From Haliotis rubra (lineage: Eukaryota): a DNA stretch of 64,000 bases. Location of the stretch: contig NW_025764893.1 in assembly GCF_003918875.1 (NCBI RefSeq), positions 186,001-250,000 on the forward strand, written 5' to 3'. Positions 46,701 through 57,700 of the stretch are shown here, one piece after another. The notes beneath the pieces are model-generated. The model saw only the letters and a list, made by a program, of their open reading frames with translations. It was not told the DNA's origin and did not search any database. Numbering within the stretch: the first letter of the stretch is position 1; every line of letters starts with the position of its first letter. The position numbers and the translations under genes were made by a program.

Positions 46701-48101
46701 AAAAATAATGTGCCTCGGCCCCTCCGGGGCCTCGGCTCCATTATTTTAAAGGAATGGAGAGTTACTCGGACATTACCCTCTACATACATAGTGCAGGCGT
46801 TACAGATAGTGGTCTAACCGAGTTGCTTCCCCTTAGCCTTGCCTGGATTCGCTGATTGTAGCTTATCGCAGTCGTTCTGACATTTTAATTGACCTTCGAA
46901 ATTCCCGCTAGTCCGTAAGTCCGAGACTACTAAATTGTGCTGTGGACGAGAAAAGTGTAGAAAGTCAGTTAAGTTGGTAATCGTCGGCAATCACAATTTA
47001 ATGTCTTTAACTTGCTCTCTTTGCTTCAGTTTTGCTGAATAGATAAACATTTTGCCTCGTCCAAACTAGTTACAAACCGTAAGGACTACTATAATGTAAG
47101 TTCCGTTAGTTTTCGGGACTAACTTGACACACTATCCTATGTTAGAGCCGACGAATGAAGCTCGAGCTTTGTAGTGGTGTGTGGTCCTGTGCATAGAGCT
47201 CAGGTCATACATCAGTTGAAGTTAAGCGCATAGAATCCTTGGATGGGTGACCGTTTTGGGCAGCTTGAGAGTTTCTAGGACTTCAGTCTTGCCCCGCAGC
47301 GAAGCACATGTGAAGCACATGTGATACATGTAGTCTCATCTTAGGCAAGTGAGTTTGTTCAAAATTGCCTATTATCACCCAGCCGAAAATGGGTACCCTG
47401 TGGGATAAGTCATGTGACTGTTAACATCCTAGCGGCAAGCAGGCGGCTTGGGTTATCTGGGGTAATAATAATCAGATTGTGTAGCATGTGCCTTGTACAT
47501 GGAAAAGGCGCATTATAAATTCACATTTATTATTATTATTTATAACCGTGTGATGGATGGGTCGTTTCTTGTGTTATTTCCCACTGATAACGATGTTATC
47601 GTGATAACGCTGGAATGTTACTGACTGTATTATCAATATCAAATTCAATAGTTTTCCGAAAATGTTTCAGAGAGAAAACATAACGCAGTCAAATCATAAC
47701 GATAATTTTCTAACGCTTACTTAATCTCTGATATATAAAATATGTTTTGAATTAATTTCCTCACTTAATTGTAGGCTGTCTATGACAAATGGATCGCCCT
47801 GGGGACTCCGAAAGCGAATTTCCTGAAGAAAATCACCCAACATTGGATTGAGAATATCAAGGTCAGACAACAACCTGGTTTCCGGTCATGTGACCTCTTT
47901 GCCATGACAACGGTGCTGGACAGGGAAAGCATACTGGACAAGGAGACTGTTCATGCAACTGTAGAGCTACACGGACAACTGACAAGAGGCCAAATGGTCG
48001 TTGACTGGAAGAACAGAATGGGCAATGAGCCAAATGTGACGATAGTTAAAAAGATCTGTGTTGAGAAGGTGACCCAGTTTGTGACGGGAATGCTTCAGTG
48101 A
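37706..48101 (+). CDS. Inosine-uridine-preferring nucleoside hydrolase family protein, ~311 aa; coding exons 37706-37879, 42383-42557, 44126-44242, 46273-46415, 47775-48101
   Basis: DVDTGIDDA Ca-binding motif, IPVYRGA, FHGVDGLGD, LGPLTNIALA, IMGG, SEFNFYVDPEAA, TRGQMVVDW. GT-AG junctions are in phase. A probable non-coding first exon ends at 36597 (CAG|GTAAGT) and splices to the acceptor at 37672. Confidence 0.93.
39728..39890 (-). mobile_element. Internally deleted family C SINE with 12-bp TSD
   Basis: CTTGGATGATAG at 39716-39727 and 39891-39902. Head and tail are joined at GCT. Confidence 0.85.
42000..42117. mobile_element. Short Harbinger-like MITE
   Basis: GGGACTCCTTTCAC...GTGAAAGGAGCCCC inverted ends. 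Confidence 0.6.
42748..43590 (+). mobile_element. Helentron-associated (HINE/pearl-like) non-autonomous element with internal ~150-bp tandem units
   Basis: T-run start, subterminal hairpin ATCCCCCGC...GCGGGGAT, (TCCG)n microsatellite, then repeated GATATCTCAAGAACC...CTTCATATTTG...GGTGACCTT...TCAAGGTCA units. Confidence 0.7.
43295..43383. mobile_element. 89-bp hairpin MITE with 10-bp TSD
   Basis: 43-bp arms with 2 mismatches and a 3-nt loop. AGATGGTCAG at 43285-43294 and 43384-43393. Confidence 0.85.
44709..44750 (+). ncRNA. Minimal type I hammerhead ribozyme-like motif of a Penelope-like element remnant
   Basis: TCAC-CTGATGA-A-GGGACC-tggaat-GGTCTC-GAAA-CGTT-GTGA. Lies within inverted arms 44637-44680 / 44747-44789. 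Confidence 0.6.
45048..45510. mobile_element. Tc1/pogo-type MITE with internal 17-bp minisatellite (GACGAACTGACGGATAT, ~18 copies, 45078-45390)
   Basis: TACAGTAAA...TTATAACGAAC start. CGAACTG recurs at 45084, 45101 and 45118. Confidence 0.7.
46667..46783. repeat. Palindromic MITE-like hairpin
   Basis: GGGTAATATCC...TAACTCTCCATTCCTTAAAA / TTTTAAAGGAATGGAGAGTTA...GGACATTACCC. Confidence 0.7.
47218..47540 (+). mobile_element. Family D SINE, second copy
   Basis: GAAGTTAAGC...CTTGGATGGGTGACCG, shared body, AAAAGGCGCATTATAAAT...(ATT)n end. Confidence 0.7.
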
Positions 48102-48289
48102 AAACACAGCTGGCTTCACTGGGGTGTCCGCCCACTAGTTGCACACGTCACTTCGTCACGCGTCTTATACATAGGACTGGGAATGATTGCACGGAAATTC
48201 ACCTCCTGTTATCTGACTATTGGAATATAATGATTCGCTCAGACCAACACGATACACGATTGGTTCAAACTTTTACGCTTACCAAAGGA

Positions 48290-48990
48290 TAGAAATCCAA
48301 AGCAGTGCTATATTATGTTGCACAATTTAGACAAAGTTGGTAGGAAAACGGGGGTATATTTTGTCCGAAATACTTTGTTCAATTATGGTTTTGGTTTTGT
48401 GTGGGAAGCTCAAGGAGTTGGCAACGAGGAACAATTTTTGAAAGATTTTCATGTAAGAGTTGGGGATTGTCAGAAGCAATTCATATTTTCAGAAATGCAC
48501 AAATGTTCATCGCTTGATGTCTATTCCAGTATCAAAAGTGTATTTTGCATTGAGCCATATTTAACTTTATTGAAATCTAAAGATGCGAGGCGTCGAATAA
48601 CAATGTTACGAATCGGTGCACTTCCAATATATAAAAATACCGGTAGATTTGATGGAGTTCCGAGGCACTAAAGACTATGTAATATTTGTAATGATAATTT
48701 TGTAGAAAATGAATTTCATTTCCTATTTGAATGTAAAATTTATCATGATTTGCGCTATAAGTATTTTAAAGCATTACCAAATTACATAGATCAGCAATAC
48801 TTTCTAAACGCATTATCCTGTACAAAGTTTTCAACACTAACAAATTGTTCTTCTTACATTAAGAAAGCATTGTCATTGCGTTCTTTATACACATAAACCT
48901 GATAGTCAAATGCAACTATCTTATAATTACACATGCTTATTTGTATTGTACGTGGGCCTAAGGCCTTGTTACGAAATAAACTTGATTGAT
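48290..48990 (+). mobile_element. 5'-truncated non-LTR retrotransposon (RTE-X-like ORF2 C-terminus with CCHC knuckle)
   Basis: IEPYL...ITMLRIGALPIYKNTGRF..VPRH*RLCNICNDNFVENEFHFLFEC. Ends GGGCCTAAGGCC...AATAAACTTGATTGATT. Confidence 0.75.
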
Positions 48991-50544
48991 TACACGATAC
49001 CAAGTGTACCGCAACACCCTGAAATTTCCAATTTCACTCCTATCAAGTTCTCGTGCAGATCGTTAAATACGAAATTGATGTGTTTGCACGAAATAAATAT
49101 TACGCTGTGAATGGAATAAACGTTTTCAAAATCTATATACAAATTACAAAACAATGTCACCTGAAAATGGAATATCCTCTACTTTTTTAATATATTAATG
49201 ACAGTAACCTGTATATTGTCGAGACTTGACAGTTCAGTGATTAATATTATGAGTGAGTAATTAAACTGCTTTTGGCAATATTCCAGCAATATTACGATTG
49301 CGGAGAGCAGAAATAGGCTTCATACATTGTGCCCATGTGGGGATTCGAACCAGGTACGAGCGAACGCTTTAACCGGCATGCTACACCTCTCCGCCGCTGG
49401 CCAGGCAGAAACAAAAGAACATCCAGTTCGACATTGACCAGAAGTGACAGGAACCAGTGTCTTGCTTCTGACTTTCACCCGACACAGGTGCCTTGATGCA
49501 AGCGTGAACTTTACATGAATATTCAGACTGTGTCTGTTTGATTTGTGTACTTGAGTAAAAGTGTGTATTTTACGTGTTGATTCCCAAGTTGAAAGTAAGG
49601 CTAACCGGGAATCTGTCGTTAAAGAACTAGGTGTGAAACCAACTGACAACAAAGAAATGCGATGTGATTGACAATTGCTAAAATAGCCCAGGCAGGGTGT
49701 AAAAAATCGTCACACACAATACTTGTCTTCTGGTTACTTGAGATGCCATTTGTGATGAGAGGCAATAGCCAGTTCCTCTTTATAAAATCGTCGAGAAATT
49801 TATCGTTTGGCAGTAGACCCTAAAGAGAGCACCCTGTAGTACTTCCAGATCTTTCTGATTGAATCTAGTACACGTCTAAATATAGCACTTCACTGATCTG
49901 CACTGAATCTACATGTATAATGTAGTACAGTTAGAGTTAGTGAGTGAATTTAGTTTTACATCGCACTCAGCAATATTCCAGCTTTTTGTCGGCGGTCTGT
50001 AAACAATCGAGTCTGGACCAGACAATCCAGTGATCAACAGCAGGAGCATCGATCTGCGCAATGGCGAACCGATGACATGTGTCAACCAAGCCAGCGATCC
50101 CGTTAACAAGCATGGGTTACTGGAGGCCAATTCAAACCCGGACCTTCACGGGTCTATTACATCTAGAACATTGTTTCACAATGAAAAACACTGCCATCTT
50201 TTTGTAATATTGGATTATAATATAGTAGATTTATAATATTTACACAAACTTACCAACGCTGTTGTGTTCACCGAACTATTTGCATCCAGCGTCAGTCGTC
50301 ACACCAGCGACATGCCAGGGTACGGCACACAATGTACCTACACAATCTAAAAGCGCTATGTGTTTATTAGTATGGTCAAAAGGGTATACAGATTCAGTTA
50401 CCTGTCTTATTCCGTCATATTATTTTGAGAAGTAAATACGCCGACCATTTGTGAATTTGTGAATCCTGACAATTTTACTGGAATCACGATTGTTCGGATT
50501 GACGGGGTTTAGTGTAAGGTTTTTCTCAATTTTAGGGGATATTA

Positions 50545-51200
50545 CTTGTGTTGTGTGCTGTGGTGTCATGTGTGTGGTGTAGTAGTGTGAAGTGGTGTGT
50601 CGTATGTGGTATGGTATGTGAAGTGGTGTCGTGTGTGTTGCGGTCATTTGTGTGTATGTTGTGTGTGGCGGTGTGAAGTGGTGTCGTGTGTGCGGTGTTG
50701 TGTGTGAAGTGGTGTCATGTGTGAAGTGTGTGGTGTGTGACGTGATGTGGTGTGTGAAGTGTTGTGGTGTCGTGTGTGTGGTGTGGTGTGTGAAGTGGTG
50801 TAATGTGCGTGGGGTGGTGTGTGACGTGGTAGTGTGTGTGGTGTGTGAAGTGGTGTCATGTGTGTGGGTTGTGAAGTGGTGTGGTGTGTGAAGGGTGTCT
50901 TGTGTGTGGTGTGGGGTGTGAAATGTGTCCTGTGTGTGGGGTGGGGTGTGAAGCGGTGTTATGTGTGTGGTGTGTGAAGTGGTGGTGCCGTCTGTGTGGT
51001 GTGTGAATAGGTGTGTGGTGTGTGAAATATTGTGTGTGGTGTGGTGTGTGTGAAGTGGTGTTGTGTGTGTGGTTTGAATTGCTGTGGTGTGTGAAATATT
51101 GTGTGTGTGGTGTGGTGTGTGTGAAGTGGTGGTATGTGAAATGGTGCCGTCTGTGTGGTGTGTGAAGTGGTGGTGTGGTGTGTGAAGTGGTGTCGTGTGT
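50545..51200. repeat. GT-rich low-complexity satellite (GTGTGAAGTGGT-type) abutting a family B element
   Basis: Visible periodicity. Confidence 0.9.
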
Positions 51201-52134
51201 GGCGGAGGTCTGTAAATAATCGAGTCTGGACCAGTGATGAACAGCATGAGCATCGAACAACGCAATTGGGATACGATGACATGTGTAAACCAAGTCAGCG
51301 AGCCTGACCACCCGATCCAGTTAGTCGCCTTTTTACGACAAGGGTGGGTTGCTGAAGATCAGTTCTAACCCGGATCTTCACGGGTCGACACTCGCAAGGC
51401 AAACCCCCACAAGACATTAACATGTAGAGACTCAAAATGACTTCCTGCCTTATCAACCGTCACTGCCAGTACAAACGGCCCACCTCAAATATTTACGTCC
51501 ATGGGTCTGACAAGACAAGATCCTGTTTCTGTTGAAATATGTTGTATCACTGAATGATAGAAATATCCTTAGACTATCACAAGTGGAGCACTTTTTGAGA
51601 TCTTGGTCACCAGTCTTGTGACAGTTGCGACTGTAACATCTGAGATCAGATTATTAACCACGTAAGCTGAAGTAAGTAAACTGAAATAATATTCAGTTGT
51701 GTATCAATTCGCTCCTGCTGAAGTGATACAGGTCCCGATTAGAAAACCCCGAATACATGTATTGTACTGATTGGATTGGATGTTGTTTAACGCCGCACCC
51801 ATCAACATTCCAGCTATATGACGGCGGTATGTAAATATTCCAGTCTGGACCAGACAATCCAGTGATCATGAACATGAGCATCGGTCTATGCAACTAGGTG
51901 TCAACCAAGTCAGCGAGTCTGACCACCTGATCCCATCGTCATTACCGACAAGAATGGGTTGCTGAAGACTTATACTAACCCGGATCTTCACGGGTGTTTC
52001 GATTTGTAAGACGCTGGTGATGTCAACACTGGAATAAGTTTTTGAGATTTAATAACAAACATTGGCGCATCCAACGGGGTTTCACGGTTTTGAAAATGAC
52101 TAAAGACTACACTCAAGTTGATGTTTTGCATTTT

Positions 52135-52139
<5 letters not shown>

Positions 52140-52187
<48 letters not shown>

Positions 52188-52225
52188 ACACACACACCAC
52201 ACACCACACACCACACACACACCCC
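52140..52225. repeat. (CA)n microsatellite grading into (CACAC)n
   Basis: Direct observation. Confidence 0.95.
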
Positions 52226-53454
52226 ACCCGCCACCCCCGATCCTTTAAACGTACCGCGTGTGATCACTTCCAGAAATAAACTTCCCACATTGTACCCATG
52301 TGGGGTTTTCGGCGTGACGAGCGAACGCTCTAACGACTAGACTACCCAACCGTCCTGTGCATAACAATGTATCGTTTCTGAGAAAAATGACCTCCAACGT
52401 TCATATTCGATAAATAGCATCGGAAAGGTTTTGAACAATTCAACCTAATGGGGAATTTTTGTTTGGATGGTTTTACTAGTCCTCGTCACCCGTGAAGATT
52501 ACCACAGTTTCAGGGTTCCGTTTCATTATATTTTATTATTAAAATTTATGAACCTTTTTTATTGTAAAATATGTTCATTTCAGAGACTAGAAGCTAGTCT
52601 AGTGACGCCTCTGACTTTCAGGTATCTAGTCATTCGTACTTGCGGCCCCTAATACCTTTGTAGAATTTGCAAGTAAGGTATTAATAAAGTAAAGACGTAT
52701 TATAATTACAACATTCATTTTATATACCACCCCACCCCACTTCCCAACATCCCCAAATGAAAATTAAAGTTTATTAGAAATGATAGTAAGCCATAGACTG
52801 TAATATATTGTTGGGGTTAGCTGGCAGCACAACCTTCATATTGAAGATCATGAGAAACGAAACAGCCATTCTTAATGTCCACCTGAAGAACATCGGGTTA
52901 TTCAAACACAGTTTCAAATCAATACCAATACAATATGTAATCATTGTTTCTATTTGATTGCCATGTAACCTAATTGAGGCATACATGTATATGCTTTTCA
53001 ACTGTTATGTTGCAAAATTATGTTGCAATACCTTAAATTTCTCTTGAGCAATACCAACATAAATTTATTATGCTTGACATTCAGAATAACAATAATACCT
53101 AAATATACCACATCGCGTGAGCAAGTGTGCGTAAATACTATCGTGACGCAGAGCGCAAGCTACACAACACAGAGCATTCAACTCGTATTGCTTGGAATTG
53201 TTCCGGTTCCAAGTCAGGAGATTCATGGCGCTTCCTCTACCAGGAAGTAGATTCACCAGTCTGTTTATGTTTACCTTGTAACTACCCATAACATGGTCTG
53301 ACCACTATATATTGTAAAAAGAAAGTAATTTACATGTGTCACGAGTGACGATCGTGTGGTGTGCTTATTATTAGTATATATCATACGATGTTTTGACCTC
53401 CAAAGAACTTCCTCCTTGGGATTCATATAAGTAGAGGCTTCATCAGTCTTGACA

Positions 53455-54222
53455 GAACGGCAGTTCAACCAACACTGTGAGGGCTACTAGCAGCAGCAGA
53501 TAGAGTTCGTCATTATTGCATCTCAGTGAACGTTGGTGTGGGTTATAACTGTTGAGGACAGTTGAAACAAGACTACGAGGTCTACCTTTAGGTAGCAAAA
53601 AGGTTTGTTGTATCTTATTATCGCAGGTGTGGGTTATTACTACCCAGGGCAGTTTAACCAAGATTGTGAGGTCTATCTATAAGTAGCAATAAGGTTTGTC
53701 GTTACGGCATCTATATAACACAGGTGTAGGTTATCACTACCCAGGGCAGTTTAACCACGATTGTGAGGTCTATCTATAAGTAGCAATAAGGTTTGTCGTT
53801 ACGGCATCTATATAACACGGGTGTAGGTTATCACTACCCAGGGCAGTTTAACCAAGATTGTGAGGTCTATCTATAAGTAGCAATAAGGTTTGTCGTTACG
53901 GCATCTATATAACACGGGTGTAGGTTATCACTACCCAGGGCAGTTTAACCAAGATTGTGAGGTCTATCTATAAGTAGCAATAAGGTTTGTCGTTACGGCA
54001 TCTATATAACACGGGTGTAGGTTATCACTACCCAGGGCAGTTTAACCAAGATTGTGAGGTCTATCTATAAGTAGCAATAAGGTTTGTCGTTACGGCATCT
54101 ATATAACACGGGTGTAGGTTATCACTACCCAGGGCAGTTTAACCAAGATTGTGAGGTCTATCTATAAGTAGCAATAAGGTTTGTCGTTACTGCAGCTATA
54201 TAACACGGGTGTAAGGTATTAC
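53455..54222. repeat. 97-bp tandem repeat: 6 near-identical copies (~53626-54222) plus ~2 diverged copies upstream
   Basis: CCCAGGGCAGTTTAACC at 53643, 53740, 53837, 53934, 54031 and 54128. Confidence 0.95.
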
Positions 54223-54745
54223 TAGGCAAACTTTTCATTAAGCCCTAGATCTCTTTATGCACCTTTTCCAGGTTTTTAAACTTTTTTCTTCTCACCTATG
54301 GTTTCCCGTCGGGATTCCGCTGCAGAAATTGGCACTGTTCTCTCATGCTTGTGGATCGTACGGTCAAAATAAGACGCCGAAGAAACAGGTTCGATTCCCC
54401 ACATGGGCACAATGTAAGAAGCCCATTTGTGGTGTCCTCCCGCCGTGATGCTGCTGGAATATTGCTAAAAGCGGCGTAAGATTCACTCACTCACTCGTTG
54501 TGCATAATATCTACTGCAAATTGCATGTGCATTACCTGGAAAACTCTTTCTGCATGCCCTTTTCATGAATCGGGTTCGATTCCCCACACGGGTGCAATGT
54601 GTGAAGCCCATTTCTGTTGTCCCCCGCTGGTTGCTGGAATGTTGCTAAAAGTGCCGTAAAACTAAACTCACTCACTAATATTATCCTGATGATACTTCTT
54701 CTTTGGACTGACATTTTGATTTCTCTTTGAACAGTAATCACCGAA

Positions 54746-57700
54746 ATGATGGCATGGAATATCATCCTCATAGCAACAACCTTGCTGCACATGGTGTATG
54801 GCCAAACTGGTAGGTGAACGATATATGGGCACACGTGTTCATTGTCAATATACTATGGAATCCTAGAAGGGACATTGTCGCGTTGTCGCATTGTCGCATT
54901 GTCGCGCTTTGGTTACTTTAGCCTCATTTTGCTTCTTTTTGAGAGGGCGACAGTGCGACAATGCGACAACGCGACAATGTCCCTTCTAAGATTCCATATT
55001 ATACAGACTGGCTTTTACAATCACCGGTCACTGGTATAAGTACACATCAAACTCTTAATTTTAAGTAATTACGAGATATGTTTAATTATAAAAGTGACAA
55101 GTAATAATCGCTATTTATAAATTTCCATCCGTACAAAGGCATCTTTCTATATCTCGAAGCGGTGGGGCAACCTAATGGTTACAGCGTTCGCTCGTCACGC
55201 TAAAGACCCTGGTTCGATTCTGCACATTGGTGCTATGTGTGAAGACCATGTCTGTTGTCCCCCGCCGTGATATTTCTGGAATATTGCTAAAAGCGCTGTA
55301 AAACCTACCTCTCTAACACTGTATCCCCCGCGTGGGGTTCCACGTTAGAAGTTTCTCCATGTTGCCTGTGTCCTGAGAGGAGATTCAATGGATTCATAGT
55401 CGACTATGATTTTCCTGACTTGTTTTGTTGTCTAGACTCCGCTGTTTACAGTTTGTTGTAATATCACAGGAATAATCCTGAAAGTTGCATGAAACGTCTA
55501 ACTGAACATGATTCAAGTACTACCACAATAGCTTCCAACTATATGTTGAATAAGGTCGCTTCTTTAACCTCTCACCTTTATGTCAGTACGGCCCTGTGTG
55601 GACTTTATGGAAATCCCGAACGTCAGCATTCGCAACCCTGACACCGCAACCCAGCCTGGCTCTACAATCAATGACAGGACGCTCGCCGCTGGGTGGTACG
55701 GTGCTGCGAACTATGAACTTGAGGACAGTGCCCCTGGCTTCCTCCGCTGTGGATCATTGTACCCGATATGGCGACAAAGTAAGTTTCTGTTAACCATCAT
55801 TGATAATGTTATATGGCGATTAGCATTTTTCTTGTGCGAGCTGCTTTAAGAACTCAACATTCATGTGAAGGTCAAACGTAATGGGTATTCAATTCATGGC
55901 ACTCTCCGATTAAATTCAAAAGATCCAGTTCAGCTTCAACTGTGGATCATTGTATCCGATATGCCGACAAAGGGAGTTTTTCACCCTTAATGATCATAAA
56001 ATAAGAGCATTAACCATTGTAGAAAGGGAGGTGTATTTTATCTTTTCCCATGCGAAGCGCTTTTATAACTCTTTATTCATATGAACCTATTTGGTATTCT
56101 AACGATAGCACAGTCCGATTTAATTAATAGGCTCCTAAATTCCACTTATGTTGCCTTTACTTCTTAATTGGTATTTTAGGTATTTTAAAACAGGTACGTT
56201 GTATTCATGGAAAGGCAAATTTGCTAATAACCTGGCTTTTACGTTGTGATGTGGCGACAAAGTAAGTTTCCTGTCATCAGCATTGATAATGTTATCTAGC
56301 GATTAGCATTTGCTCTTGTACAAAGTGCTTAATACAAACCGTGGCACTCTCCGATAAAATTAATAACATCCAAAGTTCAAATGATGGCGTCTACACTTCT
56401 CAGTTGCTTTGGTACTTAATAGGGCGGTGGGGAAGCCTAGTGGTCAAAGCGTTGGCTCGTCACGCCGAAGACCCGGGTTCGATTCCCCACATGGGCACAA
56501 TGTGTTAAGCCCATTTCTGGTGACCCCCGCCGTGATATTGCTGGAATATTGCTAAAAGCGGCGTAAAACTAAACTCAGTCAGTCAGTGGTACTAAATAAC
56601 AAGTACGTTATAATCACGCCTGTTTTCCCACACCATGATCGTAACATGAAGTATTCTTTGTTACTTCCTTTCACATTCTAATGACACTTATGTTAGTGGC
56701 GACAAAGAATGGTTCCTTTTACCCACAATGATCATAGTATAAAGAGCACTGAACATAGTATAAGAAGCATTGATCATANNNNNNNNNNNNNNNNNNNNNN
56801 NNNNNNNNNNNNNNNNNNNNNNNNNNNNNNNNNNNNNNNNNNNNNNNNNNNNNNNNNNNNNNNNNNNNNNNNNNNNNNNNNNNNNNNNNNNNNNNNNNNN
56901 NNNNNNNNNNNNNNNNNNNNNNNNNNNNNNNNNNNNNNNNNNNNNNNNNNNNNNNNNNNNNNNNNNNNNNNNNNNNNNNNNNNNNNNNNNNAGCCAGCAA
57001 TATTCCAGCTACATAGAGGCGGTTTGTAAATTATCATGAAATCCATCATCTGGTGACGCCATTCATTTGAATAATTCTTGTCATAATGTCATGCATGCCT
57101 CCCTGTTTTGTATGCTTTGTACCTGTGAAGATATCCGGGTTAGAATGGGTCTTCAGCAACCCATGCTTGTCTTAAGAGGCGACTAACGGGATCGGTCATG
57201 CTCACTGACTTGGTTGGCACATGTCATCGGGTATCTTCCCAGTTTGTCTACTCCCAGTATGACTACTCCCAGTTTGTCTACTCCCAGTATGACTACTCCC
57301 ATTTTGACTACTCATGAACATAAACATATAATGGAGCACCCCTACACTGAATAATGTACTGTACCTGTATAGCTGATTACTCCCAGTTTGCCTACTCTTT
57401 GAAATAAACCTATTAGGGAGACTCCCAGGGCCAACCTATAATGATTAGAAGCCAAGTGAATCGGGGATCTTGTGATCATTCATTGTTTGTTTTGATATTT
57501 GGATTAAAACTTTGTAAACTTATACTACAGGTTGTTTGTTTTGAAAATTGGACATGGTCCCCCCAACTGTTAACGCTATTTCCCTGAATCAATTTAAAAC
57601 CATAATAAACCCAACATGAACCGTAATTACTTTGATTTAAATTTTGGGACTAGATTTTGTCAAATCATCCATTGTCGCCTTAAGCTCGGCTGTAGTGATC

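Noticed and set aside
50420-51311. His/Thr-rich ORFs (281, 151, 107 aa)
   Set aside because: Read-through of GT-rich repeat and a family B element.
53626-54222. 97-bp repeat as CRISPR or coding (ankyrin-like) repeat
   Set aside because: No spacers; period is not a multiple of three; no long ORF.
56709-57049. ORFs spanning N runs (also 18754-19122)
   Set aside because: Artefacts of assembly gaps.
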